A DNA stretch of 63,913 nucleotides, the filler included, from Octopus bimaculoides (Eukaryota), in NCBI RefSeq assembly GCF_001194135.2. It is 6 parts of 6 records of this genome, joined end to end, with 100 filler letters (N's around TTAATTAATTAA, not from the genome) between each part and the next. Parts side by side here need not be neighbours in the genome. Positions count along the whole stretch, not along the records: positions 25,919 to 36,296 come from NC_068987.1; positions 36,397 to 53,244 come from NC_068992.1; 4 more parts are not named here. The stretch is one strand, 5' to 3'. Shown here piece by piece: positions 35,481 through 48,287 of this stretch (its first letter is position 1; each line of letters opens with the position of its first letter). The notes beneath the pieces are model-generated. The model had not been told where the DNA came from. It made no database searches and was given only the letters and a program-made list of their open reading frames with translations. Position numbers and translations under genes: made by a program.

Positions 35481-35850
35481 GGATAGTTTTGTGTTTTCAT
35501 TGTTCTAAGAGCTCAGTGTTATATTTTATGTTGTTCAGAGGTAGCAATGAGGGTAGTTTTTATATGGAGCTGTGTATGTGTGATTTTCTAGTTGGTGGTG
35601 GGTGTGTGTTCTTTGTATTTTGCATAAATGGTTGCTGATAGCTCGTTGGATCTCCTGGCTTAGGTCGGCCTACATATTTTCTAGATAAGTTAGTAAAAAA
35701 GAGTTGCCGCTTTGGTTTGCCACTTGGTCAGATGATACATAGTTCATGTTTATGTTATTTGGTGTTATGGTTTTTCCATAGTTCTGTTTTCGTTGCTTGG
35801 TTGTAGGAGGTGAAATGTGGTTGTATTTTGTTTTTGTTGTTGTCGTATAT

Positions 35851-35900
<50 letters not shown>

Positions 35901-36029
35901 TGATGATAAATAAATAAATAAATAAATAATTTGGACAAATACGTATAATTTGATTAGTGTGTTTAAATGTTGGATAGAGCACCGGCATTGTTTAGGCTAC
36001 CTGTTGTCATCCGCAGTTGTGGTACTGTT

Positions 36030-36180
36030 TTCTCTTCCCGTTTATTTCTGTGTTCCTTTCTGTCGAAGAGCGTAGGCTCGAAACGTAAAAGACTTTCTCA
36101 CTTCCCGAGCGTTAAATTAATACATCTGTTTGTTGTTTACACACCCGTCGTCGCCGTTTATTTTTTTGTAAATTCTCACT
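36030..36180 (+). repeat. dispersed repeat with hammerhead-like motif (Penelope terminal-repeat-like)
   Basis: CCTTTCTGTCGAAGAGCGTAGGCTCGAAACGTAAAAG (36055-91); second copy at 59691-59728. Confidence 0.55.
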
Positions 36181-36396
36181 ATATATATATATATATACAT
36201 GCGCATAAGAAGGGATGACCACTAAGTGGTCCAATATGCTTGTAAAAAAATCACCTACGATCTACCCACAAAGAAACGAATGTTCTCCAGAAATATNNNN
36301 NNNNNNNNNNNNNNNNNNNNNNNNNNNNNNNNNNNNNNNNTTAATTAATTAANNNNNNNNNNNNNNNNNNNNNNNNNNNNNNNNNNNNNNNNNNNN

Positions 36397-36433
<37 letters not shown>

Positions 36434-36436
<3 letters not shown>

Positions 36437-36599
36437 TCTCTGAGTGGTTGGCGTTAGGAAGGGCATCCAGCTGTAGAAACTCTGCCAAATCAGACTGGAG
36501 CCTGGTGTTGCCATCCGGTTTCACCAGTCCTCAGTCAAATCGTCCAACCCATGCTAGCATGGAAAGCGGACGTTAAACGATGATGATGATGATGATGAT
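36434..36599 (+). mobile_element. RTE-type 3' UTR/tail (very young)
   Basis: GAGTGGTTGGCGTTAGGAAGGGCATCCAGCTGTAGAAAC...CCAACCCATGCTAGCATGGAAAGCGGACGTTAAAC(GAT)n. Confidence 0.85.
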
Positions 36600-36954
36600 A
36601 TATATACATATGTATTTATATATATATACACACACACCCACATACTATACATACACACCTGTCAATAGTTTTTCTATTGTGATGTAATTTAAATTTTTGA
36701 TTAATGTGCTTTGATCATGGTAATCTGATGCACGTTATTATTAAATATTTATTGAATAATCAGCTTTGTGATTATGATTATCAATGGGCTGATTGGTAAA
36801 TAGATGGATTTATCTCACACTTTATATTATATGAAGTATATCTGAAGTTCCAGTAAGCTAATGGTATTAATTACAATGACAGTATCTGAGGAAACCATTG
36901 GTGATCTGCTTGTACATGATGTGTGGTTTACATACGATGTAGGCACAATGTGGA

Positions 36955-37330
36955 TGTGTGTTTAAGAAGCTGGCTTTGCAGGCAACTGACTTCAGGTTCA
37001 GTTCCACTGTGTGGTACCTTGAGCAAAGTGTTTTCTGCTCTTGTTCCAAGATGACCAATATCTTGTCAGTGAATTTGGCAGACAGAAACAGTGAAGCTTG
37101 TTGAGTGTCTATGTGTGTATGTATGCATGCATGCACACACACATGTACACACACACACACACACACACACACATATTTATACACACACACACGCAATCAC
37201 CCACACACATCTAAGGGTGGCTTTAGTTGGCCTAGGGCTATAGTCAGAAGAAACTTCCTGAAGGTGTCACACAGTGGGGCTGAACCGAAGACTACTTGGT
37301 TTGGAAGAAAGCTTTTTAACCACATGTCCG
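36955..37330. mobile_element. two degenerate SINE family A 5' halves in opposite orientation
   Basis: + copy 36955-37130 and - copy about 37215-37330, separated by (CA)n. Confidence 0.6.
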
Positions 37331-37439
37331 CTCTTAAAATACTTGCCAGGAGCTTTATTCATGACAGAAGAACAAAAATATAGTGCAGTTTTAGCTTATC
37401 TGTTTATCTATCTGAAATCTAGATTGAGGTTCAGATTAA

Positions 37440-38100
37440 TGAGTCTTTGATAGAGAGGTGAGTCACTCGAGTGAGATTTTAGTCAGAAATTTTGCAGTAT
37501 TTGGCAAAGATGAGGTTCCTCTGTAGTTGGTGCAATTTGATTTGTCTCCTTTCTTAAAGATGGCAAAAATGATTTGAATCTCAGAGGTCAGTTGGTATTG
37601 CTTAACTTCTTGTATCTAGATTACTAAAAACAGTGCATGAAGCTTTTTGTTAGTGTTTGATTCTCAAATTTATACAAGTATATCTCAGCCAAAATCCTGC
37701 TGTGTCTTAAAAAAACAGCTTTTTGTTAGTATTTGATTCTCAAGTTTATACAAGTATATCTTAGCCAAAATCCTGTTGTGTCTTAAAAAACAGGGGCTTG
37801 GGTGCCTTGTTATTATTTTTTTAAAGAGAACAGGCTATCTCATTGGTTTCTGCAATATCAGATGGTCTTGCTAAGCTGTTGATCATTGACCTTTCCATGA
37901 TGTTGTCCAGAGATCTTTTGCTGCGGGAAACAGTCATGATTAAGAAAGTCTTCATAATGTTCTTTCCATTGGTTGTTGGCAGCAGATTGTTTCTTTATAA
38001 GTTTTGTGCCATCTTTAGATCTAAATAGTGTTGGACCTGTTGCATTCTTACCATAAATTGCTTTTTGTCCTGAGTATAATTTCAAACTGCATTTGGCTGT
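37440..38100 (-). mobile_element. RTE-clade LINE ORF2 internal remnant (pre-RT linker and RT start)
   Basis: KAIYG...RSKDGTKLI...QWKEHYEDFLN...; IFKKGDKSNCTNYRG.S.L...K. Contains a 76-bp tandem duplication at 37641-37792. Confidence 0.8.
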
Positions 38101-38592
38101 GGAACCCTGGTTTAGGAGTTCAAGGATTTTGAGGAGTGTAGAACCAACTCTTGGCCTCTATTGTTCCCAAGTCTACTCTGACCTGGAGGAGTAGCACTTG
38201 TCAGGGTCCAAGACATCTCAACAGACCCAGGGAAGATGAGGCTCTTTGGCTGTTTAGCTGCTCATTTAAGAGAAGGTAATTCCATACAAATCTTTCCCCC
38301 TGATACCTACTGATCTCATGACTTTTGTTGCACCAGACCAATACAAGATTGAGGGATGAAAGAGTGGGACTGACCTTGCACAAACCGTGCCCACTATAAT
38401 AATAAACCCCTGTAACCTTGTGGAGTAATTTATTGAATGTTTAAGAAAGGACAAGGGTGTAAACCCCTTCAGAAAATCTGGAGAGAGGGGACCCTAAGGC
38501 AGATATGAACAGTTATATTAACCAACATGTGGGTCCATTAATACTGTGAATGTATTGACTTATCTTTCCTTTATGGTGTACTCATAGCTTGT

Positions 38593-38983
38593 GGAGGTGC
38601 AAGAGCCCAGTGGTTAGGGCAGTGGACTCACGGTCAGAGGATCGCGGTTTCGATTCCCAGACCGGTTGTTGTGAGTGTTTATTGAGCGAAAACACCTAAA
38701 AGCTCCATGAGACTCCGGCAGGGGATAGTGGCGAACCCTGCTGTACTCTTTCGCCACAACTTTCTCTCACTCTTACTTCCTGTTTCTGTTGTGCCTGTAA
38801 TTCAAAGGGTCAGCCTTGTCACACTGTGTCACGCTGAATATCCCCAAGAACTACGCTAAGAGTACCCGTGTCTGTGGAGTGCTCAGCCACTTGCACATTA
38901 ATTTCACAAGCAGGCTGTTCCGTTGATCGGATCAACTGGAACCTTGATGTCGTCATAAGCGACGGAATGCCAACAACAACAAC
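38593..38983 (+). mobile_element. SINE: tRNA head + body Z + tail X
   Basis: GCCCAGTGGTTAGGGC...GTTTCGATTCC...TTTATTGAGCGAAAACACCTAAAAGCTCC...CCACAACTTTCTCTCACTC + CCTGTAATTCAAAGGGTCAGCCTTGTCACAC...CGACGGAATGCC(AAC)n. Confidence 0.88.
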
Positions 38984-39435
38984 TCATAGCTGGAGAGGTG
39001 GTAAGTGTATTTGAGTCTGGGTTCTTGCTTCTGGAAACAGCATAGGCATAGCAGAGGTATTGAAATTACTGTCACTTTAATACCATCGACCACAATGAAA
39101 AAAACAGCCAATCAACAAACTATAAATTGCTTTAGTCATGCTGCAGAAAGTAACATCTTATGCCATGCGTGTCAGACAGTTTCTGCATTTCGAGTGTTTT
39201 GATTTGTTGCTGTTTCTTCTTCAGACTGTAACTGTTGCTCGCTGGTATGCTTTTTCTTTTTATGTGCTCATTATTCATGTCACTTGGGAAAATGTGAAAA
39301 GCCACTCTCCATATATTAATCAGGCGGTTATTTGATTTGAACATTGCTCTTGTCAAACCAGTCTTGATGTCTTCTTCTGCTCAAGGATTTCATACATACA
39401 TATATACATACATACATACATATTTATATATACTT

Positions 39436-39543
<108 letters not shown>

Positions 39544-39648
39544 TATACATACATATATATATTTACATATATATGTACATACATACAGATACATACATGT
39601 ATGTATATATATATGTATATATACATGTCTGTATATAAATACATGTAT

Positions 39649-39735
<87 letters not shown>

Positions 39736-39751
39736 TACACATACATGTATT

Positions 39752-39792
<41 letters not shown>

Positions 39793-39827
39793 GTGTGTAC
39801 ATATATATGTATATATATATGTGTATA

Positions 39828-39900
39828 TCATCATCATCATCATCATCATCATCGTTTAACGTCCGCTTTCCATGCTACCATGGGTTGGACGATTTGACTC
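39828..39900 (-). mobile_element. RTE-type 3' terminus
   Basis: (ATC)nGTTTAACGTCCGCTTTCCATGCTACCATGGGTTGGACGATTTGACT. Confidence 0.8.
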
Positions 39901-40631
39901 AGGAGCATTGGTGGCAGTGGTGGTAACGGTGGTGGCTGCTGATGTTGTCAGTGGTTTTGTTGATGGTGGTCATGGTGGTGATATTGTTGGTAGCGGTGGT
40001 TGTGACAGGAACAGTATCATCAGATGATGATATGAGAAAGTTAAACAGAAAGAAATAGTAGACTTCAATACAAGAAGTCTCTCCCTTTACAAAATAACTT
40101 CTTATATTGAACTCTACTATTTCCTTCTGTTTATGATGATGGAATATCTTCTGTTTATGATGATGGAATATCTTTTACATCCCCGAAACAGCTGTAAGAC
40201 TACATCTCTGTTTATAAATGTCCTTGAAATTTCACACTGCGTTGGTTTTGTTGTCTCATTTTATTCGACATATATGTGTATATATGTATATACGTTTGCG
40301 TGTCTGTATGGTTTTTAGTTTCTAGAAACAAAAGGTAGCATACATTCCGTTAATTGAAGCTGTCACTTATTCTTCCTCCTAAACAATAAAAGATACTTGA
40401 AAAAAAAATTTCCCAAGAACAAATCACACCACAATACCCTCTACCTCAAAGCAAATAAGCAATGCAACTACAGCAAAGTCAATCTGGCTAGGAAAGCCCT
40501 TTATATACGTGTATGGTACATATGTATAAGACAGGATATAATCTAAATTTGGAAGCATTCCCACATTATATGGGTGAATTAAGTGTACTAGTGTCATATT
40601 TATTGTCACCGGTAGCGCTAGTAGTACTAGC

Positions 40632-40689
<58 letters not shown>

Positions 40690-41874
40690 ATGGTGGTGGT
40701 GGTGGAGGTAGTAATAGTGGTGTTGGTGGTGGTGGTGGTGGTGGTGGTGGTGGTAGTAGTGGTGCTGGTATTGATGGTGTTTGTAGTAGTGNNNNNNNNN
40801 NNNNNNNNNNNNNNNNNNNNNNNNNNNNNNNNNNNNNNNNNNNNNNNNNNNNNNNNNNNNNNNNNNNNNNNNNNNNNNNNNNNNNNNNNNNNNNNNNNNN
40901 NNNNNNNNNNNNNNNNNNNNNNNNNNNNNNNNNNNNNNNNNNNNNNNNNNNNNNNNNNNNNNNNNNNNNNNNNNNNNNNNNNNNNNNNNNNNNNNNNNNN
41001 NNNNNNNNNNNNNNNNNNNNNNNNNNNNNNNNNNNNNNNNNNNNNNNNNNNNNNNNNNNNNNNNNNNNNNNNNNNNNNNNNNNNNNNNNNNNNNNNNNNN
41101 NNNNNNNNNNNNNNNNNNNNNNNNNNNNNNNNNNNNNNNNNNNNNNNNNNNNNNNNNNNNNNNNNNNNNNNNNNNNNNNNNNNNNNNNNNNNNNNNNNNN
41201 NNNNNNNNNNNNNNNNNNNNNNNNNNNNNNNNNNNNNNNNNNNNNNNNNNNNNNNNNNNNNNNNNNNNNNNNNNNNNNNNNNNNNNNNNNNNNNNNNNNN
41301 NNNNNNNNNNNNNNNNNNNNNNNNNNNNNNNNNNNNNNNNNNNNNNNNNNNNNNNNNNNNNNNNNNNNNNNNNNNNNNNNNNNNNNNNNNNNNNNNNNNN
41401 NNNNNNNNNNNNNNNNNNNNNNNNNNNNNNNNNNNNNNNNNNNNNNNNNNNNNNNNNNNNNNNNNNNNNNNNNNNNNNNNNNNNNNNNNNNNNNNNNNNN
41501 NNNNNNGTTGCCAGCCACTGCTTAACCCCCCCCCCCCCAAAAAAAAAACTGACCACTAACTCACCTCAACCTCTTGCTGTTGTATACTGACCAACAAAAT
41601 TTTCAAGTTTGAAGTGCAGCAGAAGTGTTTGGTCTCTTAACTAACAAAATGTACTGGTCAAGCATTGGCGGCTATTTTCCTCTTTTTCTTTTCTGTGTGG
41701 TCAAGTGGCTAGATTGCGTTTTCTTGTGATATCTTGCTGACCACATTGTTAACCTTAACTCTCATTAATTGACTGCAATATCTTTTGATATTAGAATCTA
41801 ATCTTACAGTTTTCAAATTTATTTTCGGTGGTCAGAGTACAGTAGTGCATTTGGTTGTTGTAGTCATAATAACT

Positions 41875-42065
41875 GTTTCAAATTTCACCATAAGGCCGGC
41901 AGTTTCTTAGGGGAAGTGCTCGACTGGTACTTATTTCACTGACCCCCCTGAGAGGATGAAAAGTAAAGTAAACTCGACTGAGGCGGAATTTGAACTCAGA
42001 ATTTTGAAGATAGACAAAATGTCACCGAGCATGTTATCTGACCCACTAACAATTCTACCAGTTTG
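41875..42065 (-). mobile_element. degenerate SINE family B
   Basis: GAGGATGAAAAGTAAAGTAAAC...GGCGGAATTTGAACTCAGAA. Confidence 0.6.
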
Positions 42066-42169
42066 TTGTGTTGTGTTGTTGTCATAATAATAAGCAAGTC
42101 ACGATCATAGAGGTGGTGGTGGGAGTGGATTTTACCACCTCTCTCTAAATATGTATGGTTGCAGCAAAA

Positions 42170-42818
42170 GGTTACTCTTTACTCTCTTTCTACTCTTTTA
42201 CTTGTTCCAGTCATTTGACTGCGGCCATGCTGGAGCACCGCCTTTAGTCGAGCAAATCGACACCACTACAACCACAACCATCACCACCACCACCACCACC
42301 ACCACCACCACCACCACTACCACAACCACTACTACAAACACCATCACTACCATCACCACTACCACNNNNNNNNNNNNNNNNNNNNNNNNNNNNNNNNNNN
42401 NNNNNNNNNNNNNNNNNNNNNNNNNNNNNNNNNNNNNNNNNNNNNNNNNNNNNNNNNNNNNNNNNNNNNNNNNNNNNNNNNNNNNNNNNNNNNNNNNNNN
42501 NNNNNNNNNNNNNNNNNNNNNNNNNNNNNNNNNNNNNNNNNNNNNNNNNNNNNNNNNNNNNNNNNNNNNNNNNNNNNNNNNNNNNNNNNNNNNNNNNNNN
42601 NNNNNNNNNNNNNNNNNNNNNNNNNNNNNNNNNNNNNNNNNNNNNNNNNNNNNNNNNNNNNNNNNNAACGGGCTTCTTTCAGTTTCCGTCTACCAAATCC
42701 ACTCACAAGGCTTTGGTTGGCCCAAGGCTATAGTTGAAGACACTTGCCCAAGGTGCCATGCAGTGGGACTGAACCCAGAACCATATGGTTGGTAAGCAAG
42801 CTACTTACCACACAGCTG
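42170..42818 (-). mobile_element. SINE family A spanning a gap
   Basis: Tail at 42170-42260, head/core at 42667-42818. Confidence 0.75.
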
Positions 42819-42854
42819 AGAAATCTGGTTTAAAATATAGAAATATAACCAAGT

Positions 42855-43245
42855 GAAACTAGTCATGACCGATGCTGGTATCATGTAAGTGGCACTTGTG
42901 CTGGTGGCACATAAAAATCACCCTTCAAACGTTGGGTCTCACAGAGTTGTTAAATGACTGAGACCTTTGGTGATGTGCCATGCTTGGGAGGACTCGTTAA
43001 GCCAGGTGAAATCATAGTTGTGGCCGATGCCAACGTCATGTAACTGACACCTGTGCTGCTGGCATGTAAAAAGCTCCCATTACACTCTAGGAGTGGTTGG
43101 TGTTAGGAAGGGCATTCAGCTGTCGAAACCATACTCAATCAGACTGGAACCTGGCGCAGCTCTTCAGCTTACCAGTTTTCACTCAAACCATCTAATCCAT
43201 GCCAGCATGGAAAGTAGACGCTAAATGATAATGATGATGATGATG
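42855..43245 (+). mobile_element. RTE LINE 3' UTR
   Basis: GACTGAGACCTTTGG...GGAGTGGTTGGTGTTAGGAAGGGCATTCAGC...CCATGCCAGCATGGAAAGTAGACG(ATG)n. Confidence 0.75.
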
Positions 43246-43799
43246 AAATAGAATCAGGAGTAATTACTGGTAAACATAATTAAAACAAGCTAAGGGAAAT
43301 AACTCAAATGGACCAGTGACATGAAGAAGTTATGAATACCAAATGCAAAAATTTCTTAACTAGAAGTGATTGTGTCTTGTTGAAGTTGCGTCATATTTAT
43401 CATGTTATCATCTTTATAGGAGTGTGTGCGTGTTGTTGGAAATATGAGAGAGATGGCTCGTTAATTTATAACAATAGAGTATGTAGGAAATGTAATGAAA
43501 TCTTGTGACACACTGTGGGCCATGTGTGGGTAGCTTTGTTGTGTTGGAGTAACCAGAGAAGTTTTCGTGTTTTGTAAAACTTTGTACTGCATGAGATTAT
43601 GAGACAGAAGGCGTGGAAAAGGATAGTTTGAGGAAGGGTTTTGTTGCACAAAGTCATTTGAAAGCAAAATGGACAGCAAAAACAAATTGAGTAACTTGGT
43701 ATATCTATGTGACAAGCAGGGTGAAGCATTAGAGAGTGTTGGATAAAATAGCTTGCAAGTCATGTGACTGCATAAGGTTTCCATTGGGAAGGGTGAAAT

Positions 43800-44200
43800 T
43801 AGAAAGGGTGAAATTAGAAAGGGTGAAAGGCAATGTTGACCTTGGTGGAATTTGAACTCAAAACGTAAAGACAGATGAATTTGAACTCAGAACATAAAGA
43901 CAGACGAAATACTGTTAAGCATTTCGCCTGGCATACTAACGTTCCTTATTTCTTTACTGCCCATAAGGGGCTACACACAGAGGACAGACAAATGGATTAA
44001 GTCAATTATATCGACTCCAGTGTGTAACTGGTACTTATTTAATTGACCCTGAAAGGATGAATGGCAATGTTGACCGTAGTGGAATTTGAACTCAAAACGC
44101 AAGCATTTCGCCTGGCAAAACTGTGAAGCATTTCGCCTGGCAAAACTGTGAAGCATTTCGCCTGGCATGCTAACGTTTCTGCCAGCTCGCCACCTTAATG
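43800..44200 (-). mobile_element. SINE family B copies with internal 25-bp tandem duplication
   Basis: AAGCATTTCGCCTGGCAAAACTGTG repeated at 44101-44165; GAAAGGATGAATGGCAATGTTGACC. Confidence 0.75.
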
Positions 44201-44479
44201 ATAATAATAATATTAATTATAAAATATATTCCAGCTTTTTATGCTTCTGTGTTCAAATCGTGCCAATGTCTACTTTACCTTTTATTCTTCCAGATTCAAT
44301 AAAATAAAATATCAGTCCACAACAACAGATTGGAGGAATTTTAAGAGCATTGGAACACAAAATGGTTTGTGGCATTTGATTTGTCATTTTATGTTGTGAG
44401 TCAGGCAGGTGTGGTGGACATACCTGTAATCAAGTTGGCAGAAGGGTGTTTTTTTTTTAAATATCTGAAAAATATCAAT

Positions 44480-44910
44480 AGCAGTTATGGTTGTGTGGTT
44501 AAGATGCTTGTTTTGCAACAACATAGTTTTAGGTTCAATCCTACTGCACAGTACCTTGAGAAAGTGTCTTCTGCTATAGCCCTGGGTCCACCAATGAATT
44601 TGGTAGATGGAAACTGTGTGGAAGCCTGTTTTATATATATATTATATCATCGTTATCATCATCATCATATATGTTTGTGTGTGTGTGATTATTTGTGTCT
44701 GAGTTTGTCCCCACCACTGGATAACCAGTCTAGACTTAGTGGTTTGGCAAAAGAGATTGATAGGATAAATACTACATTTGAAAACGTAAGTATTAGGGTG
44801 GTAGTGGTGGTATGATCTGTCCAATCCCGAAACCCTTCAAGGCAGTGCCCCAGCATGGCCACAGTCCAATGACCGAAACAGGCAAAAGAAAATAAAAGAA
44901 TAAAGAAAGG
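44480..44910 (+). mobile_element. SINE family A, full length, degenerate
   Basis: Head/core decayed; tail GTGCCCCAGCATGGCCACAGTCCAATGACCGAAAC. Confidence 0.75.
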
Positions 44911-45269
44911 AAATCCTTTGTATTGTCTCATGAATATTTCATGTCAAACACTTAACACTTGTCAAGGAGGTCACCAAAGGTCGTTTGTTGATCTGATGGC
45001 AAAGGAAGAAAAAAAGGAAAGAAAGGAAGAAAGAAGAAAGAAACTGTTTTCTTTCTTGAGGATTGGTTGGTAAGAATAACTCTACAAGACTAGTTTAGAC
45101 TGTTTTGACAAAAAGACAGAAAGTCTGGTTTTGGCTTGCTTGAAGAGACAGCGTGATGCTATTTGATGTAGAAAGCCATTTCTTGATTTTCTGATATGGG
45201 CATGAGCTTTTAGCTGAACCATTTTGGTACTGCCTGTTTGGCATTACTGATTTTGATGCAAGTGTGCAC

Positions 45270-45420
45270 AGGCGTCTTTCAGTTTCCAAATCCATTCACA
45301 AGGCTTTGGTCAGCTGAAGGTTATAGTAGAAGACACTTGTCCAAGGTGCCACGCAATGGGACTGAACCTGGAACTGTGTGGTTGGGAAGCAAGCTTCTTA
45401 CTACACAGCCATGCCTGATA
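45270..45420 (-). mobile_element. SINE family A 5' half
   Basis: TTTCAGTTTCC..ATCCATTCACAAGGCTTTGG...GCTTCTTACTACACAGCCATGCC. Confidence 0.8.
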
Positions 45421-45867
45421 ATAAACGAGAGATGAAACAAGTCTCCAGGTTAAATGAAAACAGCATTTGCCAAAGTGGGAATGTTATATTATACAGCAAT
45501 GTCACCCAAAATATTCGAAACAATCTGATATAATCACAGTCTCTTTATCTTAAGTAACAGCTAGAAAAATAGAGGGGAAAAGAATAGGGACAACAGGAAT
45601 ATTCTAAATAGTCTGATACAATCAAACCCTCCCCTCTTAACTCCTTTGCTGCCATATGCTAATTCTGCTTCAATTAATTTTGAAAATGATGAAGAATTTA
45701 GCTAAATAACTTTGTTATTACTAAGCTGATGTTTACAACAAAAGTTAACATGCAGTTTTGCAGGAAAATTTTAATGTAGATCACCTCAACCCTTTATAGT
45801 GTTCAGATTACTCTGTGAAATATAATGCTTATTTATTCACATTGTTTTGAATTAATTGTGCATTAGT

Positions 45868-46053
45868 GGCGCAGGAGTGGCTGTGTGGTAAATAGCTTGC
45901 TTACCAACCACATGGTTCCGGGTTCAGTCCCATTGCATGGCACCTTGGGCAAGTGTCTTCTACTGTAGCCTTGGGCCAACCAAATCTTTGTGAGTGGATT
46001 TGGAAGACGGAAACTGAAAGAAGTACATTGTGTGTGTGTGTGTGTGTGTGTGT
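45868..46053 (+). mobile_element. SINE family A 5' half
   Basis: GGCGCAGGAGTGGCTGTGTGG...GGAAACTGAAAGAAG(GT)n up to a gap. Confidence 0.85.
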
Positions 46054-46600
46054 NNNNNNNNNNNNNNNNNNNNNNNNNNNNNNNNNNNNNNNNNNNNNNN
46101 NNNNNNNNNNNNNNNNNNNNNNNNNNNNNNNNNNNNNNNNNNNNNNNNNNNNNNNNNNNNNNNNNNNNNNNNNNNNNNNNNNNNNNNNNNNNNNNNNNNN
46201 NNNNNNNNNNNNNNNNNNNNNNNNNNNNNNNNNNNNNNNNNNNNNNNNNNNNNNNNNNNNNNNNNNNNNNNNNNNNNNNNNNNNNNNNNNNNNNNNNNNN
46301 NNNNNNNNNNNNNNNNNNNNNNNNNNNNNNNNNNNNNNNNNNNNNNNNNNNNNNNNNNNNNNNNNNNNNNNNNNNNNNNNNNNNNNNNNNNNNNNNNNNN
46401 NNNNNNNNNNNNNNNNNNNNNNNNNNNNNNNNNNNNNNNNNNNNNNNNNNNNNNNNNNNNNNNNNNNNNNNNNNNNNNNNNNNNNNNNNNNNNNNNNNNN
46501 NNNNNNNNNNNNNNNNNNNNNNNNNNNNNNNNNNNNNNNNNNNNNNNNNNNNNNNNNNNNNNNNNNNNNNNNNNNNNNNNNNNNNNNNNNNNNNNNNNNN

Positions 46601-46963
46601 TTTTATTTGTTTCAGTAATGTTGACTGCGGCCATGCTGGAGCACCGCCTTTAGTCAAACACATCAACCCCAGAACTTATTCTTTGTAAGCCTAGTACTTA
46701 TTCTATTGGTCTCTTAGCTGAACTGCTAAGTTATGGGGACGTAAACACACCAACATCGGTTGTCAAGCAATGGTGGGGGGACAAACATACACACACATAC
46801 GACAGGATTCTTTCAGTTTCCATTTACGAAATCCACTCACAAGGATTTGGTCAGCCTGAGGCTATAGTAGAAGACACTTGCTCAAGGTGTCACGCAGTGG
46901 GACTGAAACCGGAACCATGTGGTTGGTAAGCAAGCTACTTACCACACAACCACTCCTGCACCT
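46601..46963 (-). mobile_element. SINE family A, full length
   Basis: Complete tail-to-head on the minus strand. Confidence 0.88.
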
Positions 46964-47055
46964 ATACGTGTATACATTTACACATTAACACATGCATTCA
47001 CACGTACACATAAGTAACTATACAAATATATGTATACACACATATATGCACATAC

Positions 47056-47545
47056 ATCATCATCATCATCGTTTAACGTCCGCTCTCCATGCTAGCATGG
47101 GTTGGACGATTTGACTGAGGACTGGTGAACCAGATGGCTACACCAGGCTCCAACCTGATTTGGCAGAGTTTCTACAGCTGGATGCCCTTCCTAATACCAA
47201 CCACTCCATAGTGGGTGTAGTGGGTGCCTTTATGTGCTACCAGTACGAAGGCCAGTCAGGCAGTACTGGCAACGGCCACGCTGAAAATGGTGTATTTTAC
47301 ATGCCACCTGCACAGGATCCAGTCCAGTGGCACTGGCAACGATCTCGCTCGAATGTCTATACACGTGCCACTGGCACAAGTGCCAGGAAGGCAATGCTGG
47401 GCACAGGTGCCATCACGATTTCGCTTTCGCTTGCCCCAACAGGTCTTCGCAAGCCGAGTTTCGTGTCCAATGAAGGAGACGAAGTTGGCATGGGTGCCAG
47501 TCGTTGAATTTAGTCCGATTTCAATTTCACTTGCCTCACACATAA
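47056..47545 (-). mobile_element. RTE LINE 3' UTR/tail
   Basis: (ATC)nGTTTAACGTCCGCTCTCCATGCTAGC...CAGCTGGATGCCCTTCC... plus GGCAC-rich repeats. Confidence 0.75.
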
Positions 47546-48255
47546 ATACATAAATAATTTGCAATAATTTCATTGTTTCCTTGAACAGGCAGAACACCCA
47601 CAAAAATATACGTACACACACACACATGTGCACTCTAAGATATCCAGACATTGTATTTGACAGACTAATCTGAATGCTTAAAGGGTTGTCATCCATCGTC
47701 GTTAGGGTCATCATTGTTGTGGTAGTGGTTGTTGTCATCATTGTGGTCGTGGTCGCAGTCATGGTTGCTGTCGTAGTCAACATTGTGGTCATTGTTGTGG
47801 TAGTGGCGTTGGGCGTTGTCTTGGTTGACCCGGAAACGAAAATCAGAAAAAAATAGTGCAATGGGTGTGAAAAAATGTGTAGGAAACGAATATNNNNNNN
47901 NNNNNNNNNNNNNNNNNNNNNNNNNNNNNNNNNNNNNNNNNNNNNNNNNNNNNNNNNNNNNNNNNNNNNNNNNNNNNNNNNNNNNNNNNNNNNNNNNNNN
48001 NNNNNNNNNNNNNNNNNNNNNNNNNNNNNNNNNNNNNNNNNNNNNNNNNNNNNNNNNNNNNNNNNNNNNNNNNNNNNNNNNNNNNNNNNNNNNNNNNNNN
48101 NNNNNNNNNNNNNNNNNNNNNNNNNNNNNNNNNNNNNNNNNNNNNNNNNNNNNNNNNNNNNNNNNNNNNNNNNNNNNNNNNNNNNNNNGGTCGATCTAAT
48201 TGACTGGCTCCCTCCCTCCCTCCAAATTTCAGGCCTTGTACCTATAGTAGAAAGG

Positions 48256-48287
<32 letters not shown>

